Source: Podarcis muralis
Lineage: Eukaryota
Assembly (NCBI RefSeq): GCF_964188315.1
Contig: NC_135657.1
Span: 52,142,001 to 52,206,000, forward strand
Reading direction: 5' to 3'
DNA: 64,000 bases
Positions 26,251-37,673 of this stretch are shown here, one piece after another. Within the stretch, counting starts at the first letter, position 1; each line of letters begins with the position of its first letter. Both the position numbers and the translations under genes were made by a program. The notes under the pieces were generated by a model. It had not been told where the DNA came from and did not search any database. It saw only the letters and a program-made list of their open reading frames with translations.

Positions 26251-26662
26251 ACACACAATGACGAAACACATACATTAGCTTTGCATGAAGAGACCAGCCA
26301 TACCTTTGAAGCCTGCATGAAATACCGGGGTGGGGTGGGGAGGCAGAGAGCAGATGCAGCTTTTTCTAAGTCGCATTCAAGGTACTAATGCCTTGGGAGG
26401 GAAAAAAAGATGGCAATGCTCCACATGAAGAGCTGCTTTTCAGCTTGTCACTGCTGTTGCTGTAGGTTTTAGTTGTGGTCTGCATGCCATTGGTGGCCAT
26501 ATGTGCCTCTGTGCATCTTGGATGGCTGACTGGAGACAGTGGAACCTAATGGGTAGAAGCTGCAAATGCCACTATCTGTGCCTAGGTGTCCATTGGGAAT
26601 AAGCTGAGAGAGGATATCCCGGTTGGTTAGTTGGTTGGTCGGTTGGTTGAATGACAGACTGC

Positions 26663-26666
<4 letters not shown>

Positions 26667-26692
<26 letters not shown>
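26667..26692. repeat. (TG)n microsatellite, preceded by imperfect (GGTT)n
   Basis: Read directly from the sequence. Confidence 0.9.
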
Positions 26693-26693
<1 letters not shown>

Positions 26694-27409
26694 ATCCCTT
26701 CACCCAAATATCCTAGGACAGTTAAATACAAAACTAGAATACAAATTACACAATGAAACAGAAACAAGAACAAACCAATAACCCCGCTCTCACAAACACA
26801 TTTTAAAAATCATAGAATATAAATCAGCCAAATGCCATTGAGGAGAAACTGTTTCTCCTGACCCCTTAAGATATGTAATGTGTTTTTCATTTGTGATGCT
26901 ATGGCCAGGCCCCCAAATTGCTTGCTGGAGTAATATCTCTGGTGCCTATTTTGGGGGCTGCAGTTATTACGGGACATGGTGTTCACATTAAGACCATATA
27001 CTGACAGATCCAAAGCATGGCATTACATTGCAACTCTGCCGCAGCTGCTGTTTGTTTTGCTGTCACAGGCCTTTATTTTCATCCTGAAATGAATAATGGA
27101 TCATGAATGTTTGACCAGCAAGGCAATCAGTGGCATGCAGTGCTTGGTGTCCATCAATAAAAGTAGCTGTGTTTCTTATTGCCTTTCCTAGTGAAGGGTG
27201 GGAGCACACTAACATTATGGGGTTTGTGACAAAGACGACTCTTATCCTGTGTTCTGTTGATGGTAGAACCTGCTGCAAGCTGTTTGGTCAGGGAAGGTTC
27301 TGAAGCTAGGTCACCATATTGTAAGAGTGGAAGAATAGACAATGTGTTGCCATGGATTTGAACTTGCACTGTTGTACCAGTGCAGGGATTATGTCAATGT
27401 AGGCCAACA

Positions 27410-27550
27410 CCATAGCTTTAAAGTAGATGGCTTCCTGCAAAGAATCCTGGGAATTGTAGTTTCCCCCTAACAGAGCTACAATTTCCATTATACTTAATAC
27501 ATTATTGTTCCCCCAGGGAGGAAAGCCATGCTTTAGATGTATGGTTGGAA
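27410..27550. mobile_element. Degenerate palindromic MITE-like repeat
   Basis: It is a fold-back: atggcttcc...ctgggaattgtag / ctacaatttcc...ggaaagccatg. Confidence 0.45.
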
Positions 27551-27713
27551 TGAGACTGTTGAGTTCCACTTGTGCAGCCGTTCATTCATCCTAAGGCTAA
27601 TGATTGTGGGGGGTGGGGGGTTAGCATCTTGGCAGCATGTCCCCCCCCCCCCATTTACATTATCATTATAATGAATCTCTAGAAAGAGCTTTTGATGGTC
27701 TTAATTCCATATA

Positions 27714-28504
27714 CCGTATTGGCCTGAATATAAGCCTCACTTTCCCCCAAAATTCTGACCGTGAAAAGTTAAAGTGCGGCTTAAATCCGCGACCTTACAA
27801 AAATTGGCTTTTACGATATCACTGCTGAAACAGACATACAGTAAAACAGAATGGGTGTGAGTGCCTGCAGAATTTTAAGGGAGCAGCTTATGTTCGGGTA
27901 TTGTCTTTTTTTCTTTTTCTTTTTTTATAAATTTTTTATTAAAGTTTCCATAATTTTTATAACAACAAAAACAAAACAATACAATACAATAGACACAACA
28001 AACAAACAAACAAACAAAACAAGTACAACTTCAAATCTTATTTTCTTATAATTTACCTCCCCGACTTCCTCATACCTCCCCTTTCTGTATTCCAATTTCT
28101 AATCAATTATTCAGCAAATCCTTCCCTTATTTTAACTTAATTTTAGTCTTACTTATTCTCTTTGACTTGACCATTACCGCTGTTAACCACTTAATTTCTA
28201 ATCCAGCATCATTTTAACATTCATTAATTTTACAATATTTCTTTAAATAGTCCTTAAATTTTTCCCAATCTTCTTCCGCTGTTTCTCTTCCCTGGTTTCG
28301 GATTCTGCTCGTCATCTCTGCCAGACCCATGTATTCGATCACCTTCATCTGCCATTCTTCCACGGTAGGTAGATCTTGTGTCTTCCAGTACTTTGCGACG
28401 AGTATTCTTGCTGCCGTTGTTGCATACATAAAGAATGTCATATTGTCTTTTTTTCTTGTTCCCCTTGAATTTTAAAGGTGCGGCTTATATTCGGGCCAAT
28501 ACAG
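27714..28504. mobile_element. pogo/Tc2-like MITE interrupted by an L1 fragment
   Basis: TIRs are ccgtattggcctgaatataagcc / ggcttatattcgggccaatacag. The TA duplication is at 27712-27713 and 28505-28506. Confidence 0.85.
27916..28440 (-). mobile_element. L1 LINE, 5'-truncated (ORF2 C-terminus, 3' UTR, poly(A))
   Basis: The ORF at 28214-28441 reads ...ATTAARILVAKYWKTQDLPTVEEWQMKV...WEKFKDYL, typical of non-mammalian L1 ORF2 ends. It has AATAAA and poly(A). The 17-bp TSD tattgtctttttttctt is at 27899-27915 and 28441-28457. Confidence 0.9.
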
Positions 28505-28989
28505 TAATTCTGCTCAGGTTGAATTATGCATTGCAAAACTGTTTTTGGAATTATGACATAATATCACCAATGACTCTGTGGTTTATGTCCCCTCTCCAAT
28601 CCTCAGAAACATGTAGGATGTTATTGATGGAGACTGAATTACATATTGGCATTCTTTCTCCCCCTGCTACCCTCCAGTCCTTGCTATTAAATTATTCACC
28701 CCTCTCCTCCCTGTGCAGTCTGTCTTAATTTGATTACAGTCCTAAAAATCGGTGTCATCATGTCTTGCGATAATCCTGTACAGCCATTGGTAAGCCTCAT
28801 CCTCAGTGCTAGCATGCTGATGTAGCAGATCTGAGAGGTCTTGGAATGTAGGTCCTCTCTAGGCAGCTGTTGTGTCTTTGTATGTTCCATATAAAGCATA
28901 GAAGACTGCTAGCATGAAGCAAAGCTACATAGGAATAGCATGGCATAATAAACACAAACTGCTTTATCCTTTTCCCCCTTTCCTTTTAG

Positions 28990-29126
28990 GAGCCCCGTGT
29001 TGGTATTCCAGTGCATACATCGCCATGTCATTTGCCTGGACTGTTTTCATTTATACTGTGTCACTATGCTGAACAATCGCCAGTTTATCCATGACCCTGA
29101 CCTTGGCTACTCCCTCCCATGTGTGG
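28990..29126 (+). CDS. PRKN: Parkin E3 ubiquitin ligase, internal coding exon orthologous to human exon 7 (RING1 domain)
   Basis: After one phase base the exon translates to [45 protein letters not shown]. Recalled human parkin 246-290 is [45 protein letters not shown]. The length (137 bp) and phases match human exon 7. The acceptor is a long polypyrimidine tract ending ttttag and the donor is GG|gtaagt. The ORF track misses it because it is an internal exon. Confidence 0.97.
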
Positions 29127-31449
29127 GTAAGTCATCCAGTATTTTTTCCCTCTCATATTACTTGTCTTAAATAGTAGGCAGGAATTACTAGCTCAAATAA
29201 CAAATATCTGTCACTCATTTTTTTTATAAAAAAATAATAATCATGGAATAATGATTTGTCTTAGTGTTTGCTTCTTTTCATGGACTGCCTATTGGTTTCA
29301 GAAAAACTCCTCTAGTCCTGTTCTGCCTTTGCAGTGCTATATCTTGGTTCTAAAGGGCATTTCTTTTATAAGCATATGCATACATATTTTTTCACATTAG
29401 TATTTCATCATCATCAAGTGTTAAATGATGATAGCTATAAACTGCAAGGGGAAAAAATAGAAAAGAAAAGCTGAATGACCTCCACATGTCTTCTTTAGAG
29501 TCAAATAAGTTGTTAACTTCATTGGCCTATCTTCAACAGCTAATAGGAAAAGTATGTAACAGGAATTTCAAATAACCTTCCTGGCTGGTGAAGTTATCTC
29601 TGTTAATTACCACTGTGTTGAGTGCATGGCAGATCACCCGCAGCATTTGTTAGGTTGAGTATCCTTTCTGCTTGACTAGGGAGAGAAATGTGGATTAGAG
29701 GCATCAAAAATGGTTGATGATTGTGGAAAAAGGTGACGTATCAGGAAAAAAGCAAAACAGCAAAATGTTGATTCTTACACGCTGAACAACGAAAATTGCA
29801 AAACAGCTAATTTTCTTTCTTGCTCTCAGGTGTCAAATTTGCTGGCAGTACCATGCCATATCCATGTTTTTGTGACACATTGAGCATGGCAAGCCAAATA
29901 ATTTATTTAATGCTGGATGAGCCACTTCTGGCAATGGATTTCCATCCTTTTCCTTAGAAGTATTGGATCCATGAGAGGTGTAATGTTTTCTGTTTATTTT
30001 CATTATCTCCAGTCATGTTAGTAATGGCCATGGTTGAATTTCGAGCAGGCTCGTTCTAACATTCATCAGAAGAGTTCCCACCTTAGGCATCAGCTTCCAG
30101 GAAGATACATGTACAGTTCATCAAATTCCAATTATTTAGTGGTTATCCTATTTTAACCACTGCAGCAGAGGAGAAGTCATTGGGATTTTCTTCCCTATGC
30201 TAAGTTTCAAGCTGACACTACTATTAAAATGGTTTAGGACTCACTAGGAAATTACTTCATGACATTAAAGAGTCAATGCATTGCACTTTTAATTGAAATT
30301 TTTGTTGTTGTCATTGTTGTTATTCATATTTTAGTTCTGGTCCTTTTGCTCTGTTTAGTTGGCTACTACAGTACTTTGGGACAAAATGTTTATTGATAAA
30401 GATATCAGTATTCATTTATTGGATTTATTGACATACTCCAGCAATCTATGGATTTTTAATTTTTTTGCCTTACGTTTTTTATTCTCAGCTTGTTAAGTAG
30501 TAATTTAGCCTCAGCTATGTCTCAGCCCATGCATATCATCTGCTGTGGGTTTAACTAGATGTGACACTGAGTTCCAGGACACTTTCCATCATTTAAAAAG
30601 GAATAAAGAAAATCAGTCTTATAGGTCTGTGATTGAAAGTCTGGGAACTACTGGTGAAGCAACTGCTTACCCCACTTTTCCTCCTGCAGTTTGTTTGCTA
30701 GAAATACTTCCCTACTCCTGTTTTGCCCACCTTCGGAATAAAATATCTGGGGACCTCATATTTTTTCTCTTCAGGCACAAAACTAGACAACTGTGGGGAT
30801 ATTTTGTGTGGACAAGCAACAGAAGGGGAAAGAATTAAGCCCACTCTGCCACTCTTCTGTTCCTGGCTGAATTTTTCAGTTGCTGCTTTCCTTTTTAAAA
30901 AAAGGTGTGGTTGACACAATAGATTGATGCTTACCAAAGTAGCTGAGACTAATTTATCTTTTTGCTTCCACATGGCTTCTTTTGTGGGAAATATAAACCA
31001 ATATCTTTCTAAAGAGCATATGTCAAAATGCACCATTGTTAACATTATTCAGCAGCGGGGGGAAGCTGAAGACAGACCCAACAGAACTGATTGTTCCATA
31101 GTGAAGACTTTTCATTTCCATTACTTCTGAGTAGTTGAATATAGGATTGTAGTGTGTCAATAAAAAAACCCTCTAAAATTAGTTTGTTATTCATACTTGT
31201 TGTTGTTTGTATACCACCCTATACTCGCAGGTCTCAGGGTATACTTGTGATCTTACTCCTTAGAAACACTGACACCATGGTTGTTGTTGAAATTTATATA
31301 CCACCCTTCATTCAAGGGTCACAGGGCAGTTTACAGTACAAAAATGCAACAGTTTTGTTGTATTCTGGACATTACTTTATAGATCTGTTTGAATTAAAAA
31401 TAGGGTTACTTCAGCTCCAGTCAAGCCACTGATACGTCTTATTGGTGTC

Positions 31450-31599
31450 ACTGAGGTTGGTCCCAGAAATGCTAAAAAATAATATTCCTCCGTTCTCTTC
31501 ATTGCATATGGGTGCAAATTGCCTCCTGTATTTGCACCCATATGCACTGAAGAGAACGGAGGAATATTATTTTTTAGCATTTCTGGGACCAACCTCAGT
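31450..31599. repeat. Near-perfect inverted repeat: 70-bp arms, one mismatch, 10-nt spacer
   Basis: 31450-31519 is the reverse complement of 31530-31599 except at pair 31502/31547. The spacer is tgcctcctgt. Confidence 0.97.
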
Positions 31600-32642
31600 T
31601 GGTACCAGCTTTGTTTAGTTTGCTTAAATGTTAAAATTAACACTGTTCATTCTGGTGTTGTTATTTTGGGGAAATTATATAACATCATTATCATAGCCAG
31701 CGGTTTCCATTAACATTTGACTCTCTGTTTTTGATGCTATCAAGGGAATGATCAGATCTTGCTGGAGATACACAGTCATGGGGAAAAGAAAGTGCACCCT
31801 CTTTGAATTTTGTGGTTTTACATATAGCAATCATTTGTTCCTTAGTAAGTCTTAAAATTAGGTAAATACAACCTCAGATGAACAACGACATATGACATAT
31901 TATACCATGTCATGATTTATTTAACAGAAATAAAGCCAAGATGGAGAAATCATGTCTGAAAAAACTAAGTACACCCTTACTGCTTCCATAGGAATTAATA
32001 GGCTGAGTAGCAGACAGGGGCTGCTAATCAAATGTCCTTGCTTAATTGATCATCAACAAGTGTGCCCAGCTCTATAAAAGCCGAAGTTTCCGCAGTTTGC
32101 TGGTCTGGAGCATTCAGGTGTGTTTTAACACAATGCCAAGGAGGAAAGACCACACAGCGCTCTTAGGGAAGCAAGTGCTGCTGCCCATGAAACTGGGAAG
32201 AGTTCTAGGCCACCTCCAACCAATTTTAAGTCCATCATTCTACAGTGAGGAAGATTATTCAGAAGTGGGAAACATTCAAGGCAGTTGCCAATCTTCTCAG
32301 GTGTGGACGTCCCAACAGATTCACCCCAAGGTCAGACAGTGCAATGCTTGGAGAAATTGGGGGGGGGGGGACAAGTTACATCTCAGGCTCTACAGGCCTC
32401 AGTTAGCATGTTAAATGTTAAAGTTCATGACAGTACAATGAGAAAAAAACTGAACAAGTACGGTTTGTTTTGAAGGGTTTCCAAGAGAAAGCCTCGTCTC
32501 TCTAAAAAGAACATGGCAGCGCAGTTTTGGTTTGCAAAGTTGCATCTGAACAAACCACAAGGCTTCTGGAACAACGTCCTTTGGACAGAATGAGACCAAA
32601 GTGGAGATGTTTGGTCATAATGCACAACACCACATTTAGCAA

Positions 32643-33968
32643 CCTGGAGCTGACTGTGGCTCAGATCATCAGCTTCTTATAGCAAAATTCAAGCTTAAAC
32701 TGAAGAAAGTAGGAAAAACCACTGGGCCGGTAATCTCGTACACCCCAGGTAGTGTGGTTGCTGACCTTGAGCCAGACATCCTGGAGAGTGAAGTCAAATG
32801 GGCCTTAGAAAGCATTGCTAATAACAAGGCCAGTGGAAGTGATGATATTCCAGCTGAACTATTACAAATTTTAAACAATGATGCTGTTAAGGTGCTACAC
32901 TCAATATGTCAGCAAATTTGGAAAACTCAGCAGTGGCCAGAGGATTGGAGAAGATCAGTCTACATCCCAATCCCAAAGAAGGGCAGTGCCAAAGAATGCT
33001 CCAACTACCGCACAATTGCACTCATTTCACACGCTAGCAAGGTTGTGCTTAAAATTCTACAAGGCAGGCTTAAGCAGTATGTGGACCGAGAACTCCCAGA
33101 AGTGCAAGCTGGATTTCGAAGGGGCAGAGGAACCAGAGACCAAATTGCAAACATGCGCTGGATTATGGAGAAAGCTAGAGAGTTCCAGAAAGACATCTAC
33201 TTCTGCTTCATTGACTATACAAATGCCTTTGACTGTGTTGACCACAGCAAACTATGGCAAGTTCTTAAAGAAATGGGAGTGCCTGATCACCTCATCTGTC
33301 TCCTGAGAAATCTCTACATGGGACAAGAAGCTACAGTTAGAACTGGATATGGAACAACTGATTGGTTCAAAATTGGGAAAGGAGTACAGCAAGGCTGTAT
33401 ATTGTCTCCCTGCCTATTCAACTTATATGCAGACACCTGCTCCTTGGGAGAAAGGCGATGGCAAACCTAGACAGCGTCTTAAAAAGCAGAGACATCACCT
33501 TGCCAACAAAGGTCCGTATAGTAAAAGCTATGGTTTTCCCAGCAGTGATGTATGGAAGTGAAAGCTGGACCATAAAGAAGGCTGATCACCGAAGAATTGA
33601 TGCTTTTGAATTATGGTGCTGGAGGAGACTCTTGAGAGTCCCATGGACTGCAAGAAGATCAAACACATCCATTCTTAAGGAAATTAGCCCTGAGTGCTCA
33701 CTTGAAGGACAGATAGTGAAGCTGAGGCTCCAATATTTTGGCCACCTCATGAGAAGAGAAGACTCCCTGGAAAAGACCCTGATGCTGGGAAAGATGGAGG
33801 GCACAAGGAGAAGGGGACGACAGAGGACAAGATGGTTGGATAGTGTTCTTGAAGCTACAAACATGAGTCTGTCCAAACTGCGGGAGGCAGTAGAAGACAG
33901 GAGTGCCTGGTGTGCTCTGGTCCATGGGGTCATGAAGAGTCGGACACGACTAAACGACTAAACAACAA
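32643..33968 (+). mobile_element. BovB (RTE clade) LINE, 5'-truncated and internally deleted
   Basis: The ORFs give DLEPDILESEVKWAL...CSNYRTIALISHASK...QAGFRRGRGTRDQI...GCILSPCLFNLY and LLLGRKAMANLDS...RRRGRQRTRWLD. It has the BovB tail gactaaacgactaaacaacaac. The 12-bp TSD cacatttagcaa is at 32631-32642 and 33969-33980. Confidence 0.95.
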
Positions 33969-34404
33969 CACATTTAGCAAAAACCAAACGCAGCATATCA
34001 GCACAAGCACCTCATACCAACTGTCAGGCACAGTGGTGGAGGGGTGATGATTTGGGTGTGTTGTGCAGCCACAGGACCTGGGAACCTTGCATTCATTGAG
34101 CTGACCATGAACTCCTCTCTATACCAGACTATTCTATAGTCAAATGTGTGGCCATCTGCCCAACAGCTGAAGCTTGGCCAAAATTGGGACATGCAACAGG
34201 CAAGGATTCCAAGCACACCAACAGAATGACTGAAAAAGAACAGAATCAAGGTGTCGCAATGGCCCAGTCAAAATCCAGATCTCAGCCCAATTGAAATGCT
34301 GTGCGGGACCTTAAGAGAGCTGTGCATGAACAAACGCCCGCAAACCTCAATGAACTGAAGCAACATTATAAAGAAGAATGGGCCAAAATTCCTCCACAAC
34401 AGTG

Positions 34405-34609
34405 TCAAAGTGCAAGTAGATAAATACGTACTGCTCCGGCGGGAAGGTAAACAGCGTTTCCGAGTGCTGCTCTGCTTCACCAGAAGTGGCTTAGTCATGC
34501 TGGCCACATGACCCAGAAGCTGTACACCGGCTCCCCTGGCTAGTAAAGCGAGATGAGCGCCACAACCCCAGAGTCGTCTGCGACTGGACCTAACGTTTGG
34601 GGTCCCTTT
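34405..34609 (+). mobile_element. Sauria SINE, 5'-truncated, inside the Tc1 transposase
   Basis: It reads gtcaaagtgcaagtagataaata...gggaaggtaaac...gtcatgctggccacatgaccc...ggggtcccttta. Confidence 0.9.
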
Positions 34610-36154
34610 ACTGCTGCTAAAAGTGGTACTACAAGCTATTGAATCATAGGGTGTCCTTAGTTTTTCACACATGACTTTTCAATGTTGGCTTTATTTCTGT
34701 TAAATAAATCATGACACAGTGTAATATGCCATGTGTTATTGTTAATCTGAGGTTGTATTTACCTAATTTTAAGACCTGCTAAGGAACAGATGATTGTTAT
34801 TAAGTCTTCGTATGTAAAACCACTGAATTCAAGGAGGGTGCACTTGCTTTTTCCCATATATCTTGATAAATCTAGAGGTCAAAAACTCTTCAGGAAAATA
34901 GCAGGATTTACTTCATTGGATCGCTGTAACTGAGAACAGAGATGTGTTTCATAGATGCATAGTAATTTGAGCATGAAATATGTAGTGAAAAATGTATTTT
35001 GTGCAAATAGCATTTTTCAAATCAATTTTGTAACTTGTGTGCCTTAATGGCAGGGTCATTACACATAGGGTGCTTCCAGACATGGATGATTTAGTAGCAC
35101 ACAGTCATTTTGGTTCTGCTTTAAGATGGAAAGGGAATAGCAACTCTTTTTTCAGACTTCTAGAATCTGTCACCAAGTGGACAGACCTTTTCCCCCTGCT
35201 CCAAATGTGAGGGGAGTGCAGTAATTTTCATTGGGACAACTATGTTTGTTTATTTCATAAAGTTTATACACCACTTGGTTGTAAAAAATACTACTCAAAG
35301 CAGTTTCCCCCATTATGTGTGGAGAAAATGTAGAGTACTCCCCCTTGCTGCGTTTCCAAGCATGATCCTGTTAGCCATTAGCTTCAGTTTAGGAAGGAAA
35401 AAGAAAATGGATATAAAGATAATGATGATATTTGGAAGAGGAAGGATTAAAGTGATTAAGCTGATTCTTAGAAAGGAAAGACATCATAAAGAACATTTAT
35501 TTATTCTCTTTATGAAGCAATGATTGGCCAAACAACCTCTTGAACAGCTGTGTGGTGTATGTGTTTTAGAAAGAAAGCTGAACAGAGGGGAAATATTGTG
35601 ATCACTGTGTCATGTAGATGCCCTATTAAAAGTGAGTGGGCAGGGGGAACATGACTGTTCCACAGTAGATGTCTCCTTTGGAAGCAACCATAGATTAGAG
35701 GCCAGAGAACAAATACTTCTCATGTTGTTTCAGATTAATATGTGAATACCAGGTTTCCCAATCTACTTTCCTTCACTATGTGCACATTACTCTGCCCCTT
35801 CTCACTGTTAGCCTCCCTCGCTCCGGCTTTCATTCTTTCCTGGGCCTTTCGGCTGCCATTGGCTGAACATCCTCTGCCTGCTCCACTATTTGTGACATTA
35901 GGACAGCTGAAGCAATAATTGCCAGAGGCTTCAGTATCACCACAAATCCCTTACGATGAATGTAATGTGATGTGTGTGCGTGTGTCCGTGTGTGTCCGTG
36001 TGTGCACACGTGCGCTGTGCTCCATAACTGGCATACCTGAATGTGAAGATCTAAGTTACAATCTGATAGATGGCCTAGAAAAATACTACCTGGTATAGGG
36101 TTGTTTTCTATAGATAGTCCAGCAAATATTGTTTAGAATTTATGAGGACATAAG

Positions 36155-36325
36155 ATGCTGCTGTATACTTATTATCCTTCTAGCCTACTATTGTCTACTC
36201 TGCTGGTATCCAGCAGAGAGGGGTCTTTCCCATCACCTGCTCTCTGACTCTGTTGACGTGTGATACCAGGACTGAACCCACAATCTTCCATGTGTAAAGC
36301 ATGTACTGAGTGATGAGCCCTACCC
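36155..36325 (-). mobile_element. Squam2-like SINE, highly degenerate
   Basis: cataagatgctgctgtatact...tattgtctactctgctgg...ctttcccatcacctg...accaggactgaacccacaatcttccatgtgtaaagc has the same layout as 24480-24642. Confidence 0.5.
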
Positions 36326-37673
36326 CTTTCAGAGGGTTAAAATTCATTAGACAATGTCCAATCATGTCAATTCAGAATTCAATTCAGATGTCAGGGCTTC
36401 TACTTGCTGGAACACCAATATTTTACAATAGCTGGTGTGATTATTTAAAACAGAGCTATGATTTAAACCCATTCTGTGTGTAGATACTGAGACTTTGCAC
36501 CTAGGAGCAAAACCCACTACAAAATAGTTTTCTCGTCTTATGGTAACTAAACTCTATCCCATTTCTCTTTATGGTGTCTTGAATTAATGAGTCTTCATGC
36601 ATAGATATTTCCATGAGTACTGACCTCTAAATACCTTTGAAATAATTAACAAGGTGCTTAGAGGGATAGGCTTGCATATGCATGAAAGCACATTTATGGT
36701 TATTTAGCTAGTAGAAAGGGCACTGAAATTTCATCTGAAAAAAATGACACTTACAGAAAACCACACAGCGTATTTTAACATGAACCCTACCACTTTCCAT
36801 TAAAAAGGGGTGGGGGAAGGATGATAACTATGTGGGGTTATAGCCCACAAGGGAGTATAAACATGTCATGGAGCAGGAATGCCAAGAGAAGAATGGTGAG
36901 GCTAAGAATTGCAAGCTTTTACATTGCTGCAAGCATTTTGCAAAAATGGCTCTACGTCCATTTACGCCTGAAGAGTTCATCATATTTGGTGACATATTCT
37001 AAAGAGATCGGAGAAAAAGAAGCTATTTCCATCAGAACTGTAAAATGCTTTTTGTATCTTGAGGTGATCTCTATATTATCACAGATAAATAAAGTTACCT
37101 CTAGTTGCTGTTGGGACTATTATTAAAAATTGTGAGGGGGGCGGCACACACACTTCTTTAAGAGCAATATAAGAACACTCCTGGGAATTGGTTCCTATGT
37201 GAGTATCCTATAACAACAAGTTATAATTGGTGGTGGGTTCTCAAGCCCCTGGTCTCTGCTAACAGGAGCTGTCTTTGGATTCAGTCCAATAATTGCCATC
37301 CTCAATTTTTCACCATCTTACATAAGGACCTCATATATTGGGCAGTTTCACTGCCAGAAGAATTGAGAGGTAAAGTAGCCTGAGCTGATAGGATATAGCA
37401 AAGCCAATGAGGGAAAGTGAAAATTAAAATGCATGGTGCCACATACAGTTCCTAATGCATGATGGCTGTGGGATCAGAGGCATGGATACTGCATTCCCAT
37501 GGCAGAAAAAGGTTAGTCATCAATAGGTTTGCAGCTAAGTCAATACATTGCTGAACCCATTGCTGAGTAACCTTAACTCTTCAACCTTCGTATTTAAATC
37601 ATTGGTACACACTCCTCACCTATATAACTGTTCAGGATTAAACAGATGCAAAAGGGTTTTTAGCTTTCTTCCT

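Larger units (their letters stand above)
1..28989 (+). other. PRKN: PRKN intron 6 (partial, inferred)
   Basis: Lies upstream of the exon-7 acceptor. I saw no exon-6-like sequence (EFFFKCGAHP...) by eye. Parkin introns are known to be very large. Confidence 0.75.
31771..34857 (+). mobile_element. Tc1-like (DD34E, IR/DR-type) DNA transposon, decayed, with nested BovB and Sauria SINE
   Basis: About 210-bp TIRs (31773-31980 and about 34645-34857) carry inner and outer gt(a/g)caccct direct repeats. The transposase runs from ATG 32133 to TGA 34640-34642. Motifs include MPRRKD, GRP, KVHDSTMRKKL, FWNNVLWT-ETKVEMFG, HLIPTVRHSGGGVMIW and WPSQNPDLSPIEM, with frameshifts and stops. Confidence 0.92.
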
